A stretch of 64,000 nucleotides of DNA from Schizochytrium sp. TIO01. Its lineage: Eukaryota > Protista > Bigyra: Labyrinthulomycetes. Under the pieces are notes generated by a model. That model was not told the origin of the DNA and ran no database searches. It saw nothing but the letters and a program-made list of their open reading frames with translations. Position numbers and translations under genes: made by a program. The stretch covers positions 2,456,436 to 2,520,435 of the forward strand of contig SMSO01000031.1 of assembly GCA_004764695.1 (NCBI GenBank). Direction: 5' to 3'. Of the stretch, positions 19,379 to 29,762 are shown piece by piece (position 1 is the stretch's first letter; each line of letters begins with the position of its first letter).

Positions 19379-22300
19379 ATGATGACTCCTGGAGGCAGCA
19401 AGAAGAGCAATAAGCTCAAGAAGAAACAAGAAGCTGCGGACCAAGCGGCGAACATCAAGAAACAGAGTCCCGACTCTGATGAAGACATACGTGAAGAACT
19501 ACGAAAGCTTAAAGAAAAGCTAGCAGTGTACGAACAGTGTCTTGGAGAACACACTAAGCCGAAGGATTATGATGACTTAGAATCATTCACAATGGACCGT
19601 ACTCGCAACGTTCTAATGAATAGTATCAACAAGATTCCTGTAGGACCTCCTCTTGATCCATTGGGAAGTAACTGGGAGATCTGGTCAACTGACGTCATCA
19701 GATTCATGGAATACCATGGATGTACTCCTGAAGAGATTGAAGCTTGCACTGACCCTAAGAGACAACGTCTACTTGACAGTGCACTTTACGCCTTACTCAG
19801 AAATCAAGCTGGCACAGATTTTCACGAACGACTACAACAATATGGTAAATCTCACCGTGGCGGTGAAGGACGTGCTGCCTGGGCACAACTTCAAATCGCA
19901 TTTAAGAAACAGCCTGGTGAAATCAACATCAACAAGGTTTCAGCACTCGTACAATGTTTTCAGCAATACCTTAACAATTCTTTTGAGAACATGTCCGAAA
20001 ACGAAGTCATGACATGGTTTATGAAACTGCACAACACTCAGGCAGACGTGCTAGCTACTGGCATGACGTTACATGATTATATGTTTATCCTTAACCTTTT
20101 ACCACGTATTCGTTACATGGGTCCACAAACAACTGCGATCTATGGCAAAGCAATTAAACTCAAAGAGTATAGTAAAGAACTGTTTCAAGAATTACGAAAC
20201 ACGGAACGGGAAGTTGCACAACAATGCGCACTTAAAGGCAAAAGTGGCTATTCTGCTGGGAACCCTGAACCCACACATCTACAAGCAAACTCCTTTCACT
20301 CTTCCCGGAACAAGTTCAAGCGTCAAAAACGACCTACATCTCAAAACAACAATTCCGGGGGAGCACAACAACCCTTTCCTCAAAGGAATAAATGCTCACA
20401 CTGTGGTTATTCAAATCATGCTGAGGCAAACTGCAAATTCTTGACAGCAATTTGTCCTATCTGTAACCAAGTTGGACACAGACCCACTGTTTGTCCAAGT
20501 AGATCATCGCGACAACAAAAGTCGAACAACAAGCGTCAGCGTCATAACTCAACACCACCGTACAAAGGTCTCGCGTTACACAACGCTCCTTTTGATCAAG
20601 GACCTTTTCATGCCAATTTCAGTGTCAACCTTCTGACAATCAATCATCTAAAATCAGAACCGAAGTCAGCAGAGACAACCTCAGAAGGATTCCTACTAGA
20701 TTCTGGATGCAATTTGCATGTCACACCAAATCTTGCATTACTTTCAAACTATGAGAACATTAATCCACTATCAATGGATGCAGCTCAAGGATCCTCAGTT
20801 CCGATTTTAGGAAAAGGTACCCTGGAGGCACGAGTAAGATCAACGTCGGGTAGAATTGTTCCTTTAACACTTACAGTCTACTACGCACCTTCCCTTGCTC
20901 ACACATTACTGTCGACGTCTATTTTGACTCAGCAAGGATTCTCATTTTTCTTCTCACAAGATAGCGATCGTATGACCACTCCACATGGAGAAGTTATTAC
21001 ACTCGGTCAGCAATCTGACATCCCAATGCTTATCCCTGTTAAATCACCCAAAGTTAACGCTCTGCAACTACGGAAAGCACAAAAACTCAGTTATAAAGGA
21101 ATAGATTGGCTAGAAGCTCACCTTAAATTAGGTCACGCTTCAATTCCACGCATAGCATCCTCCATAGGAGTTTCTGCATCACAAATCGACTTCTTATGCA
21201 TGGATTGTAAAGTTGCCAACTTTGAACGTATTCCAGTGACAAAAGGACCCCACACACCATATGCTAAGTCTCCTCGACAAGCTGTTACAGCTGATGTGAT
21301 GGGACCATTCCACGTTCTAGGCATCCCCAACAAGTTCAAATATGCCATAGTCTACAGAGATCTTTACTCAGACTTTACATATGTTTATCCTATACAATCC
21401 ACTGATCAAGTGTCCACGACCCTTCGTACTTTTGCTCAAGCATGGCTCCAAGGTAAAAACACCTCGCGCATCATAATTCGCACGGACGGAGCTAAATATT
21501 TTACAGGCGGAGAATTTGCAAGATCACTTCACACCATGCGGTGGGAACATAAACTATCTGCACCACACTCTCACGCTACAAATCCTGCTGAAGGCATCAA
21601 TCGAGTACTAATGAATGGTCTTCGCTCCAATCTAAAAACTGCATTACTCGGAGCCAAATATTGGCCCTATGCTTTATCTCATGCTGTACATGTCAAGAAT
21701 CGCACAGCCTCCAGTCGCAATCGGAAATCTCCGTACGAACGACATTTTGGCAAAGCACCAGACTACAGCTACTTCCATATTTTTGGAGCACCATGTGTGT
21801 TCAAGAAGTTTCCCATTCCGCAAAAGTTGGGAGATAGGGGTGAACTAGGCATTTTCCTTGGATATGCTGATAGTTACACTCATGGAACTGTACATGTCTT
21901 ACCCAAAGACAAGTCCAACATCCTTCAAACGCGTGAAGTCAAGATTTTCGATCAAGCATTGACTGAACAAACTCGTCAGCGTGCAATGTCGATAGAAACC
22001 GCTCTGACACCTGATCTAATTACTCATTGGACACGTGAAGAATCAAATAAACTAATTGATGGAGAAACGTATCAGGATCTACCTGCTTTATCCTCCACAG
22101 CTAATAATACTAAATCTTTCCTCACTCCTAATACCCCAGAATATAATGACGACCGTGAATCCAATCGTGAACACGCTAGTCATCCGGAACTAAATCACAA
22201 TGACCGTGAATCCAGTAGTGAACACGCTAGTCATCCGGAACTAAATCACAATGACCGTGAATCCAGTAGTGAACACGTTAGTCATTCTGAGGTAAATAAT

Positions 22301-24226
22301 GATGACCGTGAATCCAAAAGTGAACATGCTCGTGAAGACATGGAACTAGATCATAGTTCAGTCCATGCACACGATAGTCATCGGAGATCCAAAAGGACTC
22401 CCAAACCTCATGTACCACTAAATGTTGGTCCCAGTGCCAAAGGCGCTGCAAATAAATACCGATACTATACCAATCGTCTGAAACGAAAACGTAATATGAC
22501 GAATACAGAGTTAGATTTCTCGGATATTAATTCTCTATCAAAAGAAGAGAACTTACATGAACTAATCATTCCCACGATATATCCGAAGGAACAGGAATAT
22601 TTTGCTTTTCTTATTAAAAACAACACAGATAATAAACAATTACCTAAACCGGTCCCAAAACCATGTCCATATGACGACATTGTAGTTCCAAACACTTATA
22701 AAGAAATGCGGAAACTGCCACAGGCATATCAGCAACTATGGATTGCTGCGATGAATACTGAACATCACAACCTACAGTCCGCTGGTGTTTTGGAAACTGT
22801 ACCCTTACACACTTTACCACAGGGACAGACTGTAATGGGAACTAGATGGGTCTTTACAAAAAAGGCACCACCGGTCAATCTGTTAAAAGCACGGGTTGTA
22901 GTACAAGGCTACAATGAGGCCATTGAACATGTTTATGATATATACTCACCAACAGTTAATGTTGAAAGCATTCGTGTTGCAACAATTATTGCTTTAACGA
23001 GAGGCTATGATGCTATCACCGTTGATGTAACAGCCGCATTTCTAGAAGCACAAATTCCAGATGACGAATTCCTCTACATCAAAGGTATTGAAGGTCTTGA
23101 CTTAGCAGAAGGTTATTGTTATCGTCTGCGTAAAAGTCTATATGGACTCAAAAGTGCCCCCCGTAGGTGGATGGATCATTTGACGGCTATATTAGAAAAT
23201 TATGGCTTAACACGATCTATAACGGACGCATCACTATTTATTGGCAAAGATCTTCTAATGACTATCCATGTTGATGACATGAGAATTTTTGGCACGCCCC
23301 AAGCACTCAAAGCGATTGTCGAAGAACTCGAACAAAATGTCGGCGTCAAAGTAAATCGTGAAAAACAATGCCATTATCTTAGTGATACACATGTCTATGA
23401 CAAGTCACGAAAGATCTGTACCATCAGCCAACGCGAGTATTGTGAAAAAGCCCTTAGGCGATGTAATATGGAAAACTGCAATGGAGCTAAAACTCCATCC
23501 ATCCTTAAAGAGTTAAGTGATCATTCTGACGACTCTGTGAATGAACACTATCGTCCACTTGTCGGCACTCTAATGTATTTACTAAAAACTCGACCGGATA
23601 TGGCATACACTTTACACCAACTTGCATGCCATGGTCAAAAGAATGGAGCGGAACATATGCAAGCTCTTAAACATGCATTCCGTTATGTCAAGGCCACAAA
23701 GGACAAAGTTCTAACACTCAAAGGCGTGGATTCAGAGGCACAACTTGTTTTGAACGTCTATACAGATGCTTCTTTCAGCAAGGCACATGACAAACTTCGT
23801 CGTAGTGTTACAGGATATGTTGTTATGATAAATGATAGTGCTGTTGTATGGAAAACAACCAAACAGTCTACAGTTGCAAGAAATACTCACGAAGCTGAAC
23901 TAATTGCTGCAGTTGCAGGAGTTCTCAGAGCAGAATCCATTCGACAACTTTTAGCAGACATGAACATTTACATCAATGAAATACAGGTATATATAGATTG
24001 TCAAGCATTAGTAAACACAATCAAAAAGGAAGAAGTCAATGGTACAAATGGTTATCTCGCAGTACAACTTGCAGTACTGATTCATCGAAGACAAAACCAA
24101 TTACTCAAGGTACATCATGTTAAAGGCACAGAAAATACAGCTGATTTACTTACCAAACCACTTGCAGCACCATCTCATTGGAAACACGCTAGTCGCTTAC
24201 TTGATGCTTCAGGTGCTGACGCGTGA
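19379..24226 (+). CDS. Copia Gag-Pol polyprotein, 1615 aa, uninterrupted
   Basis: Two CX2CX4HX4C knuckles; protease LLDSGC; integrase HLKLGH..CMDC, ADVMGP, RTDG, NPAEGINR and GIFLGY; RT LRKSLYGLK and IHVDD; RNase H YTDASF, EAEL, YIDC and ADLLTKPL. Confidence 0.97.
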   Translation: MMTPGGSKKSNKLKKKQEAADQAANIKKQSPDSDEDIREELRKLKEKLAVYEQCLGEHTKPKDYDDLESFTMDRTRNVLMNSINKIPVGPPLDPLGSNWEIWSTDVIRFMEYHGCTPEEIEACTDPKRQRLLDSALYALLRNQAGTDFHERLQQYGKSHRGGEGRAAWAQLQIAFKKQPGEININKVSALVQCFQQYLNNSFENMSENEVMTWFMKLHNTQADVLATGMTLHDYMFILNLLPRIRYMGPQTTAIYGKAIKLKEYSKELFQELRNTEREVAQQCALKGKSGYSAGNPEPTHLQANSFHSSRNKFKRQKRPTSQNNNSGGAQQPFPQRNKCSHCGYSNHAEANCKFLTAICPICNQVGHRPTVCPSRSSRQQKSNNKRQRHNSTPPYKGLALHNAPFDQGPFHANFSVNLLTINHLKSEPKSAETTSEGFLLDSGCNLHVTPNLALLSNYENINPLSMDAAQGSSVPILGKGTLEARVRSTSGRIVPLTLTVYYAPSLAHTLLSTSILTQQGFSFFFSQDSDRMTTPHGEVITLGQQSDIPMLIPVKSPKVNALQLRKAQKLSYKGIDWLEAHLKLGHASIPRIASSIGVSASQIDFLCMDCKVANFERIPVTKGPHTPYAKSPRQAVTADVMGPFHVLGIPNKFKYAIVYRDLYSDFTYVYPIQSTDQVSTTLRTFAQAWLQGKNTSRIIIRTDGAKYFTGGEFARSLHTMRWEHKLSAPHSHATNPAEGINRVLMNGLRSNLKTALLGAKYWPYALSHAVHVKNRTASSRNRKSPYERHFGKAPDYSYFHIFGAPCVFKKFPIPQKLGDRGELGIFLGYADSYTHGTVHVLPKDKSNILQTREVKIFDQALTEQTRQRAMSIETALTPDLITHWTREESNKLIDGETYQDLPALSSTANNTKSFLTPNTPEYNDDRESNREHASHPELNHNDRESSSEHASHPELNHNDRESSSEHVSHSEVNNDDRESKSEHAREDMELDHSSVHAHDSHRRSKRTPKPHVPLNVGPSAKGAANKYRYYTNRLKRKRNMTNTELDFSDINSLSKEENLHELIIPTIYPKEQEYFAFLIKNNTDNKQLPKPVPKPCPYDDIVVPNTYKEMRKLPQAYQQLWIAAMNTEHHNLQSAGVLETVPLHTLPQGQTVMGTRWVFTKKAPPVNLLKARVVVQGYNEAIEHVYDIYSPTVNVESIRVATIIALTRGYDAITVDVTAAFLEAQIPDDEFLYIKGIEGLDLAEGYCYRLRKSLYGLKSAPRRWMDHLTAILENYGLTRSITDASLFIGKDLLMTIHVDDMRIFGTPQALKAIVEELEQNVGVKVNREKQCHYLSDTHVYDKSRKICTISQREYCEKALRRCNMENCNGAKTPSILKELSDHSDDSVNEHYRPLVGTLMYLLKTRPDMAYTLHQLACHGQKNGAEHMQALKHAFRYVKATKDKVLTLKGVDSEAQLVLNVYTDASFSKAHDKLRRSVTGYVVMINDSAVVWKTTKQSTVARNTHEAELIAAVAGVLRAESIRQLLADMNIYINEIQVYIDCQALVNTIKKEEVNGTNGYLAVQLAVLIHRRQNQLLKVHHVKGTENTADLLTKPLAAPSHWKHASRLLDASGADA
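22151..22354 (+). repeat. 51-bp (17-aa) in-frame tandem repeat x4 in the integrase C-terminal/IN-RT linker
   Basis: GACCGTGAATCC unit starts at 22151, 22202, 22253 and 22304, encoding DRESxxEHASHPELNHN-like units. Confidence 0.95.
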
Positions 24227-24238
24227 TTTGCGGGGGAG
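24227..24238 (+). promoter_or_regulatory. Polypurine tract (TTTGCGGGGGAG)
   Basis: Lies between the pol stop codon and the 3' LTR; G-rich copia-type PPT. Confidence 0.85.
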
Positions 24239-24445
24239 TATTGAAGTAATATACAGCTACTGTCTAACCTAACCTAACCTAACCTAATCTCCTGTCCGTT
24301 GGACTGACATCATGCATTCATCTCTACCTGTATGCAGACCTGAAACCCCGATAACTCATATATCATCCTCTTTCTCTTTCTCCTGAGTTCGTCATCCTTG
24401 TCAGACTACCTCTCCACGCTTCACAGCACAGGCTACTCTGCAATA
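24239..24445 (+). repeat. 3' LTR
   Basis: Appears identical to 19016-19222 and is followed by the TSD TTTGC. Confidence 0.97.
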
Positions 24446-24450
24446 TTTGC

Positions 24451-25900
24451 TAAAAGCACGTGGAGGAACAAGCAATGTATTCGAGCATAATCTGTTTTAT
24501 AAATCAGAATTAGATAAGCCATCCATCAAATTTGTCCAAGGACATATTTATAAGATGGTCATCGTGAATAGAGTGTCTCCGATTTCTGCAATTTGTCTCA
24601 CCTCGATACGTGGGTTACAAACAGTATGTAATGCTCAGTTTAAATGCTGCAACTATTGAGAACTCATCAGCAATGCCTACTTGTATGGTTCAATGCTGTT
24701 CAGCGCTGGTGTATAAGTAGTTTAACATGAGCTCTTCCATAATTACTTATGAAAATCAAGTGATATTAAGTAGGAGAAAAATGTATAAATACCATGAAAT
24801 CTCAGTGAAGATCTCTTCAAAATGAAGTATTGAAGAGGTCGGACAACAAATGCAACAAAAGTCCCATCGGATGATGCGAAAAAAAAGAAGTTCTGTGTAA
24901 CCATTCAATTCTATCATATGAATATTGCCGGGGGGGCAGGGTAGGGTGTTTACTCAAATCGCTCGAAACGAATCCATTATAGATGTTGATTAATTTAGAA
25001 TGTCGGTCTAGAAATTTATATACTTCTTCTGGCTTGAGCCATTTCCCAAGGTCGACCCTGGTGAAGTAAGAGGTTGATTATAAATATGTAGCCATCACAC
25101 TGGAAAATCCTTAGCAAGACTTAATAAGGCAGTGTGAACGTAGACTTTCAGACTGAGCGATCGGTTGAGCTTGAAAGTGCTACGTGTGGTGCTTTAGTTT
25201 TCTTTCTAGTTGACTTAGACAGATGTGGTCTCTATCACATAGAACTGGCAACGTTCGCTTATTGGCACTACCTAGATACTAGCGTGGGTTTCACCTATTA
25301 ATACCTGGCGAATACGTGTACTTTAGATATTGGTTTAATACGCACCATGACCTCCCAGGGACGTAAATCGATACATGCTGACTGCCATCGCTTCCTGTAG
25401 CTTGAACAATATTTCAAAACTCAGTGAAAAGACCACCTCTGAGGACTCCATGGAAACTGTTGATGAGCCAATCAGTTCTTAGCTTACTAGACATTGAGCG
25501 AATTGATAAAGATAACTCGATGGAAGACAATTGTTTCAAAAACGCTAACAGTTAACATTGGAATTGTATTCTGGGACGAGCTTATACTACTGACATTTGA
25601 AGAAGTGTAGGTTACTCTCATTTTGTGCTCTTCAATATTATTGAGAGTTTCGCTTTGGGATACTCTTCGATTGGGAGTTAAGTGTCAACCTATACTGTAG
25701 ACCTCTGTGACAAGTTTAATGCAAACTTTAAGCTGCGGCCGAGATCCTGGCAAAGATTTATCTATGTTGTCTAGTCGGTCCACGTTGTCGTCATGGCATA
25801 CCAAACCAGGAATAACAGATCGGTTTGTCAGGGATCATCACTATACCTCACGCGTATGCTCTTCTAGTTGGGCACTATTTTACTTTATCTTTATGGCTTA
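24451..25900 (+). pseudogene. Ankyrin relic, part right of the copia insertion (approximate bounds)
   Basis: LKARG.., SPISAICLTSIRGLQTV (~24575), DNKCNKSP (~24842), DTSVGFTY*YLANTCTLDI (~25275-25330), VDLCDKF (~25697). Confidence 0.45.
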
Positions 25901-26299
25901 ACAGCCTCAGAGTTACAAAGTTTGCCTCGCGCTAAATACTGCACACAGACTAACCAGGCTGAAGAAGTTAATTTCCCACAAAGCCTGCCTGTGTGCGATA
26001 TGGTTTATAGAAAATTCCATACTCTACTTAGCTGTTTTTGGTCAACAATTACATCTAGAACAAATTCTTGTGTGTCATATGAGAGCAAGTATGACGGCTG
26101 TGAGCGTGCCGTCAGAAACCTCACAATATAATGATGGGAACCAAACACATTTTCTGTATAATGAACTTGTGGAGTTTATGCAATATTGAGGTAATGAGTT
26201 TGGGATATCTCAAACTCAGAATAAGGTCGCAGAAAAGAAGATGGGATTTATTTGACTCGATCAAATCGTACTCTCTCCAAATTCTTAATACTAGGTCAG

Positions 26300-27090
26300 G
26301 TTACGGATCATTGTAGTCTACGCGAATTTTAATATGAACCACATTTGCCAAGAATGGGCAAATACTGCGAAGAGTATGACACTCTACTTTTCTTTTCTTT
26401 TTCCTAACAATCATATGTTCAGCTTTGGTCCTTATACAAACAGCTAACATTTCTTCACAAGTATACAGTCGAGAGACTTGATTGAGGCCATATAAATTAA
26501 AGAGAGGCTTTGATTTTTGGTTTTTTGAGTTAGGAAGCAACATATATCGAGCGCTTCTGCAAGTATATCAACCGTAGTTTCTGATCGTGACCATATTCGA
26601 TCAAGATACAGGCTCGCTCTCTGAGTATATATATAGTTCTAGAGGATAGAAAAGATCTTTCTGAACTTTTGAATACCAATGCCCCTGTGATTGTCTGTAT
26701 CACCTTTATGGTATTTTGTTGTTGATGAAAAAATTCTGCATTGGGTTACAAAACATTTTGCAAAAACAATTCCATACTTTGATAGCCAAAGAAAGTAACG
26801 CAAATCCTAACTCTAACCTGAAAGCTTTGGCATTGATAGTTTGATGACCATTTTGATTGAGGGAAGAGATGAGTTTGATATGGCCCTCCAAATCAACGCA
26901 ATATACCCCTCAGCAGAAATGAAGCAGAAATGAGATGATTGAATTTAATTTATCTGCGGAAGAGTATCTCAAATTTGAGAAATGAGTAATTATGAGACGA
27001 AGAATCTCACCATCTGTACTCTTCAGTTGCAGGAAAGTTGGTATAATCTCCCATTTAGTAAGCCAACTGTTGGTTTCGTTTTGTCTTCCC
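26300..27090 (-). pseudogene. Decayed LRR relic downstream of BCCT paralog 2
   Basis: THFSNLRY, IKLISSLNQNGHQTINAKAF (26706-26891), IQKFRKDLFYPLEL/SLYLD, LYGLNQVSRLY. Confidence 0.5.
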
Positions 27091-27422
27091 TCTAGCTATC
27101 CAGTACGGATCCTTCGAACAAGAAGAACGATGTATATTCGAATTTTGTATGGTAGTTCATAAACCCATGAACAGACACGAAGAAGGCAAAAAAAAAAGGT
27201 GAAGTAATAAGGACATGCATCCGAAGAGGAAGAGCAAGAGAAAAGGCAAACATTAAAACAATTCAAACATCACTTGACCATTAAAAATAACAAGAATAAT
27301 GGTAGTTGGAAAAAAGAGAAGGAAAATGAAAGAAGGGAATAGGTACTGAGCGAGCGGCTCAACAGGCTGCACAACAGGTTCGCTCAATTGGGAAAAGAAT
27401 TGTGTAGACATTTTGAGACATC

Positions 27423-29762
27423 TTAGATGTCAGTAGGGGCAATTGCATCCTCATCAAGCTGGATGAGGACCTGGGCAAGCAGCTGGTAGTAAGCCACGAT
27501 ACCAGCGCCGACATCTTCAAGGATATTGCCACCAATGTTGTACATGCCGCGAACATGGAAGCGGATACCACCCAGAATGAAGGCCTGGGAGAAGAAGCAA
27601 AGCCAGGCGAAAGCAGTGAGGGACACCTCTGCAACGCTGCTAATGAAGAGAGCAATCCAGCCAGCGAAAAGGCCACCAACAAGGACAGAGACTGTGATGT
27701 TGACGGGAAGGTTCTTGGCACCCGGATTGAGCTTGAGCATAATCATGAACACAGACCAGGGCGGGCAGACAAGAGCACGGAGAGTCTCCCAGTGCGTGCG
27801 AAGGTCAGGTACAGTCATGAAGGCACGGCCGGGGTGAGAAAAGAGGCCACCAAGAGAAAGAATCTTCTCAAAGTAGTTGAAGATACCACCAGCAAACGGA
27901 AGGGTCCAGTCGTTAAAGTGCTTGTATTTCTCAGGATCGGCCTCCATTCCAACAAAACGGAAGAGACCGATGAGCACAGTACAAAGGTAGCAAGTAAACG
28001 GAAGACCGCACACAATCGAAAGGGCCTGGAGAGCATTTAGTGCATCCGACTTACCAGCAAGAATCAAGGCAGTCGCAAGAGCACCGGAGGTGAGAGCCCA
28101 GAGGATACGCTGCATGCGGAAACCCTCGTCCTTACCGTTGCTAGCCATGTTATCAACAACAAGAGCACCGGAGTCAGCAGAAGTGACGAAGTAAATAGCA
28201 ATAGCAATAATGGCAATCCAGCCCATAAAGTACCCGTAATCACCGTACATCATAATAACGTTCCACCAAGGGTTGTTACCGTCGATGGTTGTACAGAGAG
28301 GGCTAATGTACGGGCGATCGTTGGTGTATTCGAAAGTTGTGCCATTATTGGGGTAAGGAAAGGTGTAGACATAAGATTCAGTGGGGACCGAGTAGCAACT
28401 TCCAGACACCTTCTCGCCATTGTATTGAAAGAACTCAAAGAAGTATTCAGAGTCGTTAAACACGAGCTCACCAAGAAGCTGGATCTCCTGGGCACTGCGG
28501 TACGCACGAATGCCAGCACCACCGAAGCCAGAGAACCAGAAGAAGGTGTAGAAGAGGGGGCCTCCAAAGGTGAAGTGGAGAACCTCCCGAATGGTGCGAC
28601 CTTTCGAGATGCGAGCGATGAAAGGACCAACAAAAGCGGCCCATGCAGTCCACCAAGCCCAATAAAAGATGGTCCAATCGTTCATCCAACCAGCATAGGC
28701 ACCGCGGGCAGTACCCAAATCGCCATCGACAGCGCGGCCGTTACCGCGTGTAAGCTGGCCCCAAGCATCCGTGGTAAAGTTGATTTCAAAGATGGCCTTC
28801 TGAAAGTACCAACCAATGTTCTGAACAAGAACGTTAAGAATGTAGGCAGTGTCATCGAGGAAGGCGACGAGGAACCAAAGGATGCAACCAAGCAAGAGAG
28901 CAGTAGTCGAAAGGATCTTGATACCAACATTGAGACCGGAGACAACAGAGATGGTGGCAACGAGACAGACGACCCAAATGACGATGACCTGGATAGTAGC
29001 AGCCTCATCAGCGTCAGAAACATCAAGAGAGGTGAGACGGCCAAGGCCAGTAGTCATTTGAATAGCACCGAGGCCGAGAGATGTACAGATACCAGCAATG
29101 ACAACGATGATACTAAAAGCGTCAATAGCATCACCCCAGAAGCCCCAGGTGTAATCTCCAAAAATAGGATGAACACAGGTACGCATTGTCAGAGGAAGTT
29201 CCCATCGGTAAACAGCAATACCGAGGGTAAGACCAACAAGTACATAGTTTGCCCAGGCACCGAGACCCCAGTTGAAGAGAGTCAGAGTCATCGCATTCTG
29301 GTTGACCTGATTGGCAGAGTAGAAGCCAGTATCGTAGCGACTACCAGAGAGATCATACAGAGGCTCGCTTACACCGTAGAAGAAAAGACCAATGCCCATA
29401 CCAGCGGAGAAAATCATTGCAAAGTAGGAGGAAGCTGAGAACTCAGGAACATCGTCAGCCTTGCCGAGCTTCTGTTTGCCGTAGACGATGTAAATGTATA
29501 ACAGGGCAAAGATGTTAATTGCGGTGGTGACAATGTAAAACCAAGTAAAGTGGGACGTCACACCAGCCTTGGCAGTGGTGAGAGCGGTTTTAGAGCCCTC
29601 GGGATCAATCATACACCAAATAGCAATACCCCAAGTGACAAAGAAACCCATACTCCAGGTTACGGGGTTGCACTTGAAGCCGCCGATAAGAGGCATGGGT
29701 ACATGCCACTCGCGCATCGGGTATTCAACCACGCTGCCAGCATACTTGTCGTCGACCGACAT
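27423..29762 (-). CDS. BCCT-family transporter, paralog 2, with C-terminal PLAC8-like domain; 779 aa from the ATG, intronless
   Basis: SYFAMIFSAGMGIGLFFYGVSEP, FNWGLGAW, WTIFYWAWWTAWAAFVGPFIARISKGRTIRE, FVTSADSG; collinear with 1329-3836. The ORF track starts at a TTG (29771); the first ATG is at 29762 in GCAAAA-ATG context. Confidence 0.95.
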   Translation of the reverse strand: MSVDDKYAGSVVEYPMREWHVPMPLIGGFKCNPVTWSMGFFVTWGIAIWCMIDPEGSKTALTTAKAGVTSHFTWFYIVTTAINIFALLYIYIVYGKQKLGKADDVPEFSASSYFAMIFSAGMGIGLFFYGVSEPLYDLSGSRYDTGFYSANQVNQNAMTLTLFNWGLGAWANYVLVGLTLGIAVYRWELPLTMRTCVHPIFGDYTWGFWGDAIDAFSIIVVIAGICTSLGLGAIQMTTGLGRLTSLDVSDADEAATIQVIVIWVVCLVATISVVSGLNVGIKILSTTALLLGCILWFLVAFLDDTAYILNVLVQNIGWYFQKAIFEINFTTDAWGQLTRGNGRAVDGDLGTARGAYAGWMNDWTIFYWAWWTAWAAFVGPFIARISKGRTIREVLHFTFGGPLFYTFFWFSGFGGAGIRAYRSAQEIQLLGELVFNDSEYFFEFFQYNGEKVSGSCYSVPTESYVYTFPYPNNGTTFEYTNDRPYISPLCTTIDGNNPWWNVIMMYGDYGYFMGWIAIIAIAIYFVTSADSGALVVDNMASNGKDEGFRMQRILWALTSGALATALILAGKSDALNALQALSIVCGLPFTCYLCTVLIGLFRFVGMEADPEKYKHFNDWTLPFAGGIFNYFEKILSLGGLFSHPGRAFMTVPDLRTHWETLRALVCPPWSVFMIMLKLNPGAKNLPVNITVSVLVGGLFAGWIALFISSVAEVSLTAFAWLCFFSQAFILGGIRFHVRGMYNIGGNILEDVGAGIVAYYQLLAQVLIQLDEDAIAPTDI

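Larger units (their letters stand above)
19016..24445 (+). mobile_element. Full-length Ty1/copia (Pseudoviridae) LTR retrotransposon, 5430 bp
   Basis: Two 207-bp LTRs that appear identical, TSD TTTGC at 19011-19015 and 24446-24450, PBS, PPT, and a single gag-PR-IN-RT-RH ORF in copia domain order. Confidence 0.98.

Noticed and set aside
22151-22354. Regularly spaced repeats as a possible CRISPR array
   Set aside because: In-frame coding tandem repeat inside pol, with no unique spacers and no cas genes.
80-27400. Idea that an ankyrin+BCCT tail-to-tail unit was duplicated as a block
   Set aside because: No nucleotide similarity is visible between the two downstream regions, and an LRR relic intervenes next to paralog 2.
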